Origin: Selaginella moellendorffii
Lineage: Eukaryota > Plantae > Lycopodiophyta
Assembly (NCBI RefSeq): GCF_000143415.4
Contig: NW_003314318.1
Coordinates: 434,001-498,000 of the forward strand
Reading direction: 5' to 3'
DNA: 64,000 bases
Positions 36,919-49,700 of this stretch are shown here, in pieces (within the stretch, counting starts at the first letter, position 1; every line of letters begins with the position of its first letter). The notes under the pieces were generated by a model, which did not search any database, was not told the DNA's origin, and saw only the letters and a list, made by a program, of their open reading frames with translations. Made by a program: the position numbers and the translations under genes.

Positions 36919-38450
36919 AAAAAAAAAACTTTGAATCTCAATGTAAAACCGATTCAGAGTTTTTTCTTTTCTTTTAAAAAAGGTCTGAAATCAAACTCCC
37001 ATGTCTGTAACTCTATTGTACTGTTCAGCTGCAAATCTTTGACAGCAATCCCATTGGCAAAGGATGTGGGTACTCAAGACTGAAGACTGGAGGGATTAAG
37101 AGTGATAAGTTTTCAATTTGCGTCCGTTGTTTTGTTATCTCATTCTTTCAGTTGAGCCCTCAAAAATATGTATTATTATAGAGTACAGCAGCAGTGTTAA
37201 TGCTAGGTCCTACTATATGTAGCCCTAGAAAATTGCAAAATATGGTATATGGAGGTAAATCTTACTGGGACACAAATCATGGTCCTTGGCCAACCAGTTA
37301 TAAAAAGACTGCTTCTGCCAATTGTAATTTAGTTATTTATAAATCAAAGTTTCCTAATAATGTATTATGGGCGTCTGATATAAATAACCATATATTATGT
37401 GGAAAATAGAAATAACTTACCTATATTAAATACTCCATGATCTGAAATTGGCAGCAGCACAGTTCTAGTCAGGCTATATTTGAAGTTACAAAGAAATCAC
37501 GTACGTCAGGTTGTAACAAAGGCTCAGCCAGCTTCAGATGAAATTGTCAATCAATGGCTCCATTTCAAGAGGGATGACAAATGGTGGTCTGACCGTATAT
37601 CAAATTAGTTACAGTATTTTCTTTGGTTGGCCGCTTAAGATCAGGATCAAAAATAAAATTACTACAAAAATTATGTAGCTATTATTGTATATAGGTCAAT
37701 TTAAAATTTGAGATAAGCTAGATCTAAACAAACACAAATCTAAGTAATCTTCAGGAACAATCAAAGGTGCCTTCACTAAATATGCATATTCAATTAACCC
37801 AAAAACATATATATAGAATTGAGTGGTCAAATATTGCATTGTAGCTCATATCATCCCCTCATATGGAAGGCAATTAAAGTTCTTGGTTAATGGGTGAAAA
37901 TCTAAAAGAACATCAAGAGGAAGCATCAAATGAATTTGTAAGTGGTGCAACTTGCTTTTATAAAGTGTTTCAATTGTTACATATATATAATTTTTGGAGG
38001 ATTATAATGCTAAATCTCATAAACTTGTCTAACTTGCTAAAACACTCAATACAAAGAGTTGTTAGACAAACCATATATTTGTAAAATTGGGAAAACAAAC
38101 CAATATTAGATCATCTACTTTATACTTTATAGATAAGTTGTAGTGCCATTGTTGTCCCACTTGTACATAGCCCAAATGTTAAATAAACTCCTCTTAACCT
38201 AGTGGAAGAATGTTTATTAAATTCTAATATGATAATATAGTATTGTGAGTGCATGGAATATGGAAAGGGAATACAGAAATATGCATATCAATTAGCCCAA
38301 AAACCCTAGCTTATATACAGGAGTGAGTGGTCCGGATTGAAACCAATCCGACAGCTACTAAAATCCCACTACGCTAATATTAGTATACGGCATCGTAGCC
38401 GTACACTTGGCCCTCACATCATCCCCTCCTCTCGGAATAATGGAAGGCCG

Positions 38451-41400
38451 TCAGGGTTCTCTTGTAGATGGGCCGGGATCTGGAGGAACGTCAGGAGGAG
38501 GCATCGGTGGATCTGTAGACGGTATTAACTGCTCCTGATCCCTTTGTATGAAGCGTTTTAACTGCTGCACATGCACAATCTCCGGAGGATCGGCCTGTTG
38601 AATGTCATGCCGAACCTCATAAACTTGTGGTCCAACTTGCCGCAACACCCGATACGGTCCTTTCCACTGCGCAAGGAGCCCCTTAGATAAACCACGTACT
38701 GTAAGATGGGGAAAACGGACTAACACCAAATCATCCACTTTGTACTCTGCAGGTGGACGATGATGGGAATTGTAATACCGTTGTTGTCCCACTTGTACGC
38801 GGCCTAAGTGTTCAACAGACTTTGCTCGGACAAATGGAAGAATGCTTGTCAAATATTGATCCCATGACCTAGCATTAGGAGCTCGTGGCAATCGCGAAGG
38901 TAAACCCAACTCTGTTGGTAATATTGGATCATGACCATATAGAAGTTTATATGGTGAAGCACCAACAGAACTCTGCACCCCTGTGACATAGGCATACCGA
39001 AGAGACGGCAAATAACCATCCCAATCCGAATGCTGAAAGTTCACATACTTCGCAATCATCCCTTTGAATGTCCGAACGAGCCGTTCCACCAGACCGTCTG
39101 ATTGTGGATGATAAGCACTCGTAAAAGTATGGCGTATCCCCAACCGAGATGTTAAAACATGAAATACCTCAGTCATAAATGCAGAACCATTATCCGAAAG
39201 AATCCGCTCTGGACAAGAATGTTGGAACACCATTCGATTGAGGAGGAAGTATCCAACAGTAGTTGCAGAGGCACTAGCAAGAGCACCAACTTCCACCCAA
39301 CGAGTCAAGTAGTCAGAAGCAATAATAACATACTCATTGCCAGCAGTCGATCGTGGAAAAGGTCCCATAAGATCAAATGCCACCAACTCAAATGGACGAG
39401 AAACTACAATTGACTCCAACCGTCCTTCCGCAGCACAAGGGGGAGTATTACGAGCTTGGCACCAAACACAGCTACGCACATACCGGATAATATCACATCG
39501 CATCTCTGGCCAATAGAAAGATCTGCGCAGCTTCTCGGTGACACGACGGTGTCCCATATGACCACCTAGAACAAGAGAATTATGGTAGGCATGGAGAAAC
39601 CGCGGAATAAACAGCGAAGGCACCACCAGCCGTAAATGACCATTAGGATCCGTCCCCACAAAATAAAGAAGGCCATCTTCAAGGCGATATTGAGAATGTA
39701 AATGCTAGAAAGGCAAATCATCAGCAAGTGATGCAGGATTCTCAAACCCATCTCGAAGCCTTCGAATCCACGGCTCAATCTTTTGAGCCTCGCAAACCTC
39801 ATCAAGAGAAGGTAGATCTTGCTCTGCGCCCTGTGGACACTGAACATCAAGGACAGTAACCGCCGACAGCACAGAATCCTCATCTAGAAAATCCACAAAT
39901 GCTGGAATAATAGGTTCGTCAGAAACATGAGAAGTGAGTGGAGAAGGAAGAGGAGCTCGAGAAAGGGCATCAGCATCAGCCATAGAACTCCCTGGGCGAT
40001 GAACAACATCGAAATCATATATCTGAAGCTTCAAAACCCATTGAGCTGTACGACCAACCAGGTTCTTCCGCTTCAATAATGAAGTAACAGCAGCATGGTC
40101 ACCTTCAAGTAACGTCCGAGAACCATGTAGATATGCATGAAGTTTCTCGAACCAGACTGCTGCTAAACACTCCTTCTCTGTCGTGGAGTAGTTCATCTCC
40201 GCTGGTTGTAATGTACGGCTTATGTATGCAATGGGATGGCGTTGACTAGGCACACTCGAGTTCTCTTGCATCAACACACCTCCAAGACCAATGTCAGAAG
40301 CATCCACGCACAAAATAAAAGGCCGAGTGTAGTCAGGATATGCCAAAACCGGAGGAGTCGTCAATAGCTCTTTGAGATTCATGAACGCCCACTCACAATC
40401 CGGAGACCAGATGAAAGATGACGTTGATGACTTCAGCAACGCTTGCAATGGTGTAGTGCGATCGGAAAGATGATCCACAAAACGACCGAGATACTGCACC
40501 TTACCCAAAAAGCGCTGCACATCATTCACACACTTCGGAGTAGGGAACTTTAGAACGGCTACAAGTTTGTCAGGATCAACTTGCAAACCCTCACGAGAAA
40601 TACGGTACCCAAGATAAGTTGTGTCCTTGGACCCAAACACGCACTTTGACCGCTTCAGCTTTAAACCAACGTCGCGCAGCCGATCCAACACTTTACAAAC
40701 ATCACGAACATGCTCCTCCCACGTCCCCTCCGAGTGGATCAAGACATCATCAATGAAGTCAGCCGTCACCTTCGGCATATCGCAAAGAACCTCGTCCATC
40801 ATCCGCTGAAAAGTTGCTGGAGCATTGTTCAAACTAAACGGCATCACCAAGAACTCGTACAGACCAAATGGTGTACAAAAAGCAGTCTTAGGAATATCTT
40901 CTTTGGCCATCGGTACTTGTCAATACCCAGAAGCAAGATCTAGCTTGGTGAACCAACGACTTCGCCCCAGACGATCCAAGAGATCAGTAGTGTGAGGAAG
41001 AGGGTATACGTCTGGGATCGTCACTTCATTTAACGGACGATAGTCAATGCAGAAACAAATACTACCATCAGGTTTCGTCACAAGATGAGGTTCACATGCC
41101 CAAGGACTTCGCGACTTCCGAATAACACCCTTCTCCAACATCTCCTTGACGTTTGCACGTAAAATCTTGATCTCCTTGGGTGACCGACGACGAATAGGAA
41201 CCTTGATTGGATGAGCATCCCCAGTTGGAATGGGATGACGTGTGGCAATCTTGGCCCCAGACGATAGGTCAAATTCAAAGAGATCAGAATACTCCTTCAT
41301 GAGCCGGTCAACTGCTGCAACACAAAGATCATCGGAGGGATCGGGAAAGGGAAGAGCAGAACAAGATGGAAACATAAGAGGAAACAGTGGGGGAACAAAA

Positions 41401-41936
41401 GTAATGGAAGCAGAGGTAGAAGTAGAGGGACGAAGAGGTACGGAAGTGAGAGGAATGGATAAAACATAAGGAAGTATGAGACAAGGGGGAGAAGCCTCAA
41501 AATCACACTTGGCATGATTGCGCTGCAACCAATCCATACCAAGAATGAGGTCAAAAGCTTGACTCGGCACCACCCGCAACGACTGCAACTCAAGCTCGAG
41601 ATCGCCCACACGCACAACCAGGTCCGCCTCATCTTGTGCACATGCATGTGTACGGCCGTTGCCATAAAGAATGAAAACTGGATCCGCCGCACGACGCAAG
41701 TGTAGACGACAACATGTGGCAACAGGTCGAGCAATAGAAGATAAACTCGAACCTGTATCAACCAACACGGAGAGAAGAATAGGAGACCTCTTGTTATAAA
41801 AACGAGCTTGGAAAGTAAACACTGGATGAACCGGTGCCGAGTGAACCCCTTGATGATACTCCCGAAAGAAAGATGGAGGGGTCACTAACTTATTCGCGCA
41901 AGGTCCCTCCATTACTCGCGCGACTCCTCGTTTCCC
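38451..41936 (-). pseudogene. pol: Gypsy Pol (protease, RT, RNase H, integrase) with two premature stops (about 40920 and 39705)
   Basis: LVDTGS, FCIDYRPLN, FIDDVLI, VDASDIGLG, AYHPQSDGLVER, WKGPY. Confidence 0.92.
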
Positions 41937-42751
41937 GAATGCACCTCGGTATCCAAACCTTCCACCGCAGCAACACCAATGGGACGTTGCTGACGCCAAG
42001 GTCTCCACCCAGGAAATGGAGGTCGCCAATCCGGAAAGCGCCGACAATGCCGATAAGTATGACCAACTTCATCACACGCCCAGCAACGAACATCACGGCC
42101 ACGACCACGTCCTCGCCCTTGTCCTTGGACTCGAGTAGCAGCAGCATCAACTTCCATGGGAACAGGACCATCACTCATAGGAAGTGGGGCTGAAGGACGT
42201 GTAGCAAGAAGTGGAAGAGGCGACGTCTCATAACGTTGTGCCAAGCGAAGAGCATCGTCAAGAGTGGCAGGAGCAAGTGCATGCACAAGTCCGACAAGAT
42301 CTTGACGAAGTGCTGGCCACAACATTCCTAGCTTGATCCGCTCCGACATATTTGGCTCCGCACGAAGCAAAAGACTTCGGAAACGAACGCCAAATTGCAT
42401 CACCGACTTAGATGGCCCTTGGCGAAGATGATGCAATTGTTGGAAGGCATCATCACAATCATCGGCATGTCCGAAGGCGCGTTTGAAGACGTCCGAAAGA
42501 ACACTCAAATCGCCACGAGTGGCGGCGCTCAATCCATTGTACCACTGCAATGCCGTCCCTTGGAGACATGTGGGGAACTCACGCAAACGTCGAGCATCAT
42601 CCCAAGAATGATATGTGGTAATCACCGTGAAGTGATCGAACCAATGGTACACATCATCCCCAGGACTCCCACGAAAGAACTCCGGCCGAACGCGAGGATT
42701 GGCACCAAGAGCAGGAGGAGTTGTACCATGTGCCGTGAACGCCGCCATCAA
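41912..42751 (-). CDS. gag: Gypsy Gag
   Basis: PEFFRG, LRQG motif, PVPMEVDA, CCHC knuckle CWACDEVGHTYRHC. Confidence 0.88.
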   Translation of the reverse strand: MMAAFTAHGTTPPALGANPRVRPEFFRGSPGDDVYHWFDHFTVITTYHSWDDARRLREFPTCLQGTALQWYNGLSAATRGDLSVLSDVFKRAFGHADDCDDAFQQLHHLRQGPSKSVMQFGVRFRSLLLRAEPNMSERIKLGMLWPALRQDLVGLVHALAPATLDDALRLAQRYETSPLPLLATRPSAPLPMSDGPVPMEVDAAATRVQGQGRGRGRGRDVRCWACDEVGHTYRHCRRFPDWRPPFPGWRPWRQQRPIGVAAVEGLDTEVHSGNEESRE

Positions 42752-45700
42752 CTAAGTTTGGTTGTTCAATTGCAAGCGCATAGCATCAAGCAATTGAATC
42801 AACTGCTGCTCTAGAGTCAAAGGAGGAAATTGCGGATCGGCCATGAAGATGAATGGAAAAGAAAGAGCAAAAGAAGAGAAATGACAAAAAGCTGGAAAGA
42901 AATGGTAGATCTAGACAATGCAAAAAACTAGATCTAAACCAAAATCCTGAAAGGAAAGAACAAAAGAAAGGAAATGGAAAAAGCTAAATCTAGACAATGC
43001 AAAAGCTAGATCTAAACCGAAATCCCAAATCCAAGCACTCCCCAGGGACAATCAAAGGTGCCCCTCAACTCCACCAATATGAGTGCATGGAATATGAAAA
43101 GGGAATACAAAAATGTGCATATCAATTAGCCCAAAAACCCTAGCTTATATACAGGAGTGAGTGGTCCGGATTGAAACCAATCCGACAGCTACCAAAATCC
43201 CACTACGCTAATATTAGTATACGGCATCGTAGCCATACACTTGGCCCTCACAGTATCAACAACTTTTGGCAATTGCAAAAATAAACTCAACTTTATTAGC
43301 AATATCAAATCATAACTATATAAGAGTTTATATGGTGAAACAATAATAAACATTTATACGTCCATATTGAAGAGATGACAAATTACTATCCCAATCCAAA
43401 TATTGAAAGTATGTACTTCATGATTATCCCTTTGAAGGTCCAAATAAAATGATTTACTAAACTATTTATTTATGGATGATAAGCATCCCTAATTGAGATG
43501 TCAATACATGAAATGCTTTAGCCATAAATACAAAACCATTATTTAAGAGAATCCACTTTAGAAAAAAATGTTAAAACACTACTTGATTAAGGAAGAAGTA
43601 TTCAACAATAATTGCAAATACATTAGTAAGAACACCAACTTCCACCCAATGAATCAAATAGTTAAAAGCAATAATGATGTACCCATTGTTAATAGTTGAC
43701 TATGGAAAAAGCTTTATCAAATAAAATGCCACCAACTTAAGTAAATGGGAAATGATAATTGACTTCAACTATTCTTTCAAAACATAAAGGAGAGTATTAT
43801 AAGCTTAGCAAAAAATGTAGTTATATATATACTAAATAACATCACATTATATCTTTGGCCAATAAAAAGACTTATGTAACTTTTTAGTCATACAATAATG
43901 TCTTATATACTCAATTAAAATAAAATAGTTACGGTAAACATGGAGAAACTATAACAATAAAAATTGTAAGCACTACCAACTACAAATGATATTCATTAGG
44001 ATCAGCCCCCATAAAGTAAGAAAATGTTGTAATCAAAGTGATATTGAAAATATAAATACTAAAATGGTAAATTATTAATAAGTGATGCAAAATTCTTAAA
44101 TCCATCATAAAGCCTTAAAATCAATGATACAACTTTTTGAGCCTTATAAATCTTATCAAGAGAAGGTAAATTAAGCTTCATATTTTGTGAATAACACCAA
44201 CTTTCAACAACACAAAATCATTATTTAGAAGATCTATTGATGTTGGAACAACTAGTTTGTTAGGAATATGAAAAAAGAGCAAAAAAAGGAGAAAAACTTG
44301 AGAAAAAGTTTCAACATCAATTATAGAACTCTTAGAGCGATCAACAACTTTGAAGTTATATATTTAAAGCTTTATAGCATACTAAATACTACAACTAACT
44401 AAGTTTTCCACATCTATAATGAAGTGATAACAGCATAGTCACTCTTTAGCAATATCTAAAAACCATGCAAGTATATATAAAAAATTTTAAAATACTAAAC
44501 TATTGCTAAATAATTCTTTTTTATCATAGAGTAGTTCATCTCTATTGGTTATAATATACAATCAATATATGTGATGGGATAATATTGACCAAGCACATTT
44601 GTACTCTTTTGTGTTAACACGTCTTTAATACCAATATTAAAAGCATTTATACGTAAAATGAAAAATCAAGTGTAATTAAGATATGCCAGAACTTAAAAAT
44701 TTATTAACACTTTTTTGAGATTTAGAAGTGCCCTCTCACAATCCTTAGACCAAAAGAAAGATATTATTGACAACTTTAACAATAAAAAATGATTAATAAA
44801 ATAACCAAAATATTGTAACTTACTTGGGAAACATTATACATCACACTTTGGACTATAGAACTTTATAGCAACCAAAATCAACTTGTAAACCTTTGCCATA
44901 AATGTGGTACCCAAAATAAATTATGTCATTAAATACAAATATGCATTTTGATAATTTCAACTTTAAACCAACATCCTGTAGTGAATTTAATACTTTGCAT
45001 ATATCATGAATATACTCCTCCTACATCCTTTTAAGTGTATTAAAACATTATTGATGAACTCAATTGTCACCTTTAATATATTTCCATCATTTAGTGAAAA
45101 ATTTATTAACTTAAATGGCATCATAGAAAACACATATAAACTAAATTTAGCTTTGGGAACATTTTCTTTAGCAATTTACGTTTGCTAATATTTAGAACTA
45201 ACATTCAATTTAGTGAATTAATAACTTCACGCCAAATAATTTAAAATACCAATAATATGAGGAATAGAGTATATATTCAAGATCATCATATAATTTAATG
45301 GACAATAGTCAATGTAGAATTAAATATTACCATGAAGTTTTATTACAAGATGAAATTCATATGCCTAAAAACTCTAAGACTTTTAAATAACATTTTTCTT
45401 CAATATCTCTTGCTTGTAAATTTTTTATCTCTTTTAGTAATTAATATTAAACATAAACTTTGATCAGATAAATATCCCCAATTGAAACAGAATAATACAT
45501 TGTAATCTTGGCCCTAGATGATAGGTTAAAGTAAAAAAGATCAATATACTTTTGCTTGATCCAATCAACCATCATAACACAAAGATTATCTAAGGGATCT
45601 AGAAAGGTAATATAAAAACAAGAAAGAAACACAGTAGAAAGTAATGGGAAATAAAAGTGATAGAAACAGAAATAAAACTAAAGGGATGAAATATAATAAA

Positions 45701-46764
45701 AAAAGATAAGAAGATAATAGAATAAAAGAGGTCATATTTTATACATGTATATAGTATTATAGTAGATTTTTATCTCTTTTTCCTTAAACCAATTGAAAAG
45801 AAGCAATTGCTTAATGACAAAACTTTTATATATCCCCCAAAGGTTTTAAAAATCCACAGGTGACAATGTATTTAAATTTCATCCCATAATCATATACATT
45901 ACAAATGTATATCATTAATCATATAGTATAAACAATGTTCATCTTCTAGCTAGTGTTATCTACTCATTAGTTCTAAATCTTAGCAATGCTATCCTAGAAA
46001 AAGAAGGAAACATTTATAAAATTGATTATTTTTTATGATATTTATATTTAATTATGACTTAAAGTAATTATTATCTCATTGTGAGTATCATGAACATGTT
46101 CAACCTATAGTTTTTTAAAATTAACCACATCCACAATTCTAATACCTAATAATTAAGATTTTGAGATTCATAATTGAAAATTAAGCTATCTTTTATTGTA
46201 ATGTTAATTTTTTATATATTCTTACATAAACATTTACATTTTTTATTAGTAGCTACTAGTTAATAATGGTATTTACTAGTAATAATGTTTTTTCTAAAAT
46301 ATCTGTACTAAAATAAATTTATATGATAAGTGTTTAAATGAAATTGATAGATATAATTTTATTATTTTTTCATTATTATAATATGTTATAACCCATCTCA
46401 ATAATATATTACTAATAATTCTAAATATATATTTAGAAATACTAATAATAGCTGAAAACCTTTAAAGTAAGATGTGTATAAACTCCAAAATTTATGAACC
46501 TTTACTTTAATGATATTTTGGAGCTCTTATTAGTTTTATAATAGTATAGTTTTTATTAACTAAACTTCTGGTATGTGTTACTAAAACTTCTGATATAAAA
46601 ATATAGTAATTTATCCTCTGTTGAAATATTTTTCACCATAATTGTTGATTAAGAAATATGAACCATAATTGTTTAAAGAAAATAATATTAAAATTAAAAA
46701 ATAAATATATACAATAGTTTGATTATAATTTTAATAATGATATAGGTGAATTAAAATTATATTT

Positions 46765-49700
46765 TGTGAGTAGAATATGGAAAGGGAATACAAAAAATAT
46801 GCATATCAATTAGCCCAAAAACCCTAGCTTATATATTAGAGCAAATGAAACCAATTCAATAGCTACCAAAATCCAACTAAGCTAATATTAGTATATAACA
46901 TTGTAACTGTACGAACCTCACATCATCCCCTCCTCTCGAAATAATGGACGACTATCAAGGTTCTCTTGTAGATGGGCCAGGAGCTGGAGGAATGTCAAGA
47001 GGAGGCATTGGCAAATTTATAGATGGCATTAGTTGTTCCTGATCTCTTTGTACGAAGCATTTCAACTGCTATACATGCATAATTTCTGGAGGATCGACCT
47101 GCTGGACGTCATTCCGAACCTCATAAACTTGTGGTCCAACTTGTTGCAATACTTGATATAGTCCTTTCCATTGAGCAAAGAGCCCTTTTAATAAACCATG
47201 TACTATAAGATGGGGAAAACGGACTAACACTAAGTCATCCATTTTGTACTTTACAGATGGATGATAACGGAAGTTGTAGTGCCATTGTTGTCCCACTTGT
47301 ATGCAGCCTAAGTGTTCAGTATACTCTACTTGGACAGTGGGAAGAATATTTTTCAAATACTAATCCCATGACTTAGCATCGGTAGCTCATGGCAATTGCG
47401 AAGGTAAACCCTATTGGTAATATTAGATCATGACCATATAGAAGTTTATATAGTGAAGCACTAAAAAAACTCTACACCCCTATGACATATGCATACCGAA
47501 GAAAGGGCAAATAACTATCCCAATCTGAATATTGAAAGTTCACATACTTCGCGATTATTCCTTTGAATGTCCAAACCATTTAACTATGGATGATAAGCAC
47601 TCGTGAAAGTGTGGCATATCCCCAACCAAGATATCAAAACATGAAATGTCTCAACCATAAATGCGACCATTATCTGAAAGAATCCGCTCTGGACAAGAAT
47701 GCAAGAACACCACTTGATTGAGGAGGAAGTATTTAACAATAGTTGCAGAGGTGCTAGCAAGAGCACCAACTTCCACCTAATGAGTCAAATAATCAGATGT
47801 AATAATAACATATTTATTGCCAACAGTCGATCGTGGAAAATGTCCCATAAGATCAAATGCCACCAACTCAAATAGATGGGAAACTGCAATTGACTCCAAC
47901 CATCCTTCCGTGACATGAGGGGGAGTATTACGAGCTTGACACCAAACATAGCTATGCATATACTGAATAACATTACATTGCATCTTTGGCTAATAGAAAG
48001 ATTTGCACAGCTTTTTGGTCATATAACGATGTCCCATTTGTCTGCCTAGAACAAGAGAATCATGGTAGGCATGGAGAAACTGTGGAATAAAGAAGGAAGG
48101 CACCACCAGTCGTAAATGATTATCAGAATCTGTCCCCACAAAATAAAAAAGGTTGTCTTCAAGGTGATATTAAGAATGTAAATGCCAGAATGGCAAGTTA
48201 TCAAAAAGTGATGCAAAATTCTCAAACCCATCTCGAAATCTTTGAATCCATAGCTCAATGTTTTGAGTCTTGCAAACCTTATCAAGAGAAGGTAGATTTT
48301 GCTCTACATCTTGTGAACACTAAACATCAAGTACAATAACCATCAACGGCATAGAATCCTCATTTAGAAAATCCACAGATGCTAGAACAATAAGCTTGTT
48401 AAAAATATGAGAAGAGAGTAAATAAGGAAGAAGAGCTTGAGAAAGGGCATCAGCATCAGTTATAGAACTCCCCAAGTGATAAACAACATCAAAATCATAT
48501 ATCTGAAGCTTCAAAGCCTACTGAGTAATATGACCAACTAAGTAATGGCAGCATAATCACCTTCTAGTAATGTCTGAGAACCATATAAATATGTATGAAG
48601 TTTCTCAAAACCCCAGACTACTGCTAAACACTTCTTTGTACTGGAGTAGTTCACTTCCACTAGTTGTAATATATGGCTTATATACATAATGGGATGGTGC
48701 TGAGCAGGCTTTCTTGCATCAACACACCTCCAAAACCAATATCAAAAGCATTCATGTGCAAAATGAAAGTTCGAGTGTAGTTAGGATATGCTAAAACCAG
48801 AAGAGTTGTCAATAACTCTTTGAGATTCATGAATGCCTGCTCACAATTTGGAGATCAAATAAAAAATGATATTGATGACTTCAGAAATGCTTGCAACAAT
48901 GCAGTGCAATCAGAAAGATGATCCACAAAATGACTAAGATACTGCACCTTGCCTAGGAAGCGTTGCACATCATTCATACACTTTGGAGTAGAAAACTTTA
49001 GAATAACCACAAATTTGTCAATATTAACTTGCAAACCCTCACGAGAAATACAGTACCTAAGATAAGTTATGTCTTTAGACCCAAACACACACTTCGACCA
49101 CTTCAACTTTAAACCAATGTCTCATAGCCGATCCAACACTTTACAAACATCACGAACATATTCTTCCTATGTCCCCTTCGAGTGAATCAAGACATTATTA
49201 ATGAAGTCAATAGTCACCTCCAGCATATCACAAAGAACCTTATCTATCATTTGTTGGAAAGTTGCTAGAGCATTGTTCAAACTAAATGGAATCACCAAAA
49301 ACTTGTACAAATCAAATAGTGTACAAAAAGCAATCTTAGGAATATCTTTTTTGGTCATCGGTACCTGCTAGTACTCAGAAGCAAGATCTAACTTGGTGAA
49401 CTAATGACTTCTCCTCAGACAATCCAAAAGATCAATAGTGTGAGGAAGAGGGTACACATCCGGGATCGTCATTGCATTTAACAAACAATAATTGATGCAG
49501 AAATGAATACTCCCATCAGGCTTTGTCACAAGATGAGGTTCATATGCCTAAGGACTTTGTGATTTTCAAATAACACCCTTTTCTAACATCTCCTTAATGT
49601 TTGCATGTAAAATCTTGATCTTTTTGGGTGATTGACGATGAACAAAAACTTTGATTGGATGAGCATCCCTAGTTGGAATTGGATGATATATGGCAATTTT

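Larger units (their letters stand above)
38244..43252 (-). mobile_element. Near-intact Ty3/Gypsy LTR retrotransposon with no chromodomain seen; 175-bp LTRs at 38244-38418 and 43078-43252; 4-bp TSD GTAT
   Basis: LTRs differ at 6 transitions; PBS TGGTGGAGTTGAGGGG; PPT GAGAGGAGGGGATGA; order gag-PR-RT-RH-IN. Confidence 0.96.
37715..45695 (-). mobile_element. Highly decayed AT-rich Gypsy copy (37715-38243 plus 43257-45695), interrupted by the younger element of the same family
   Basis: Collinear similarity to the LTR/PPT, integrase, RT and protease regions of 38244-43252 (e.g. AACACCAACTTCCACCCAA, AAATGCCACCAACT). Confidence 0.75.
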
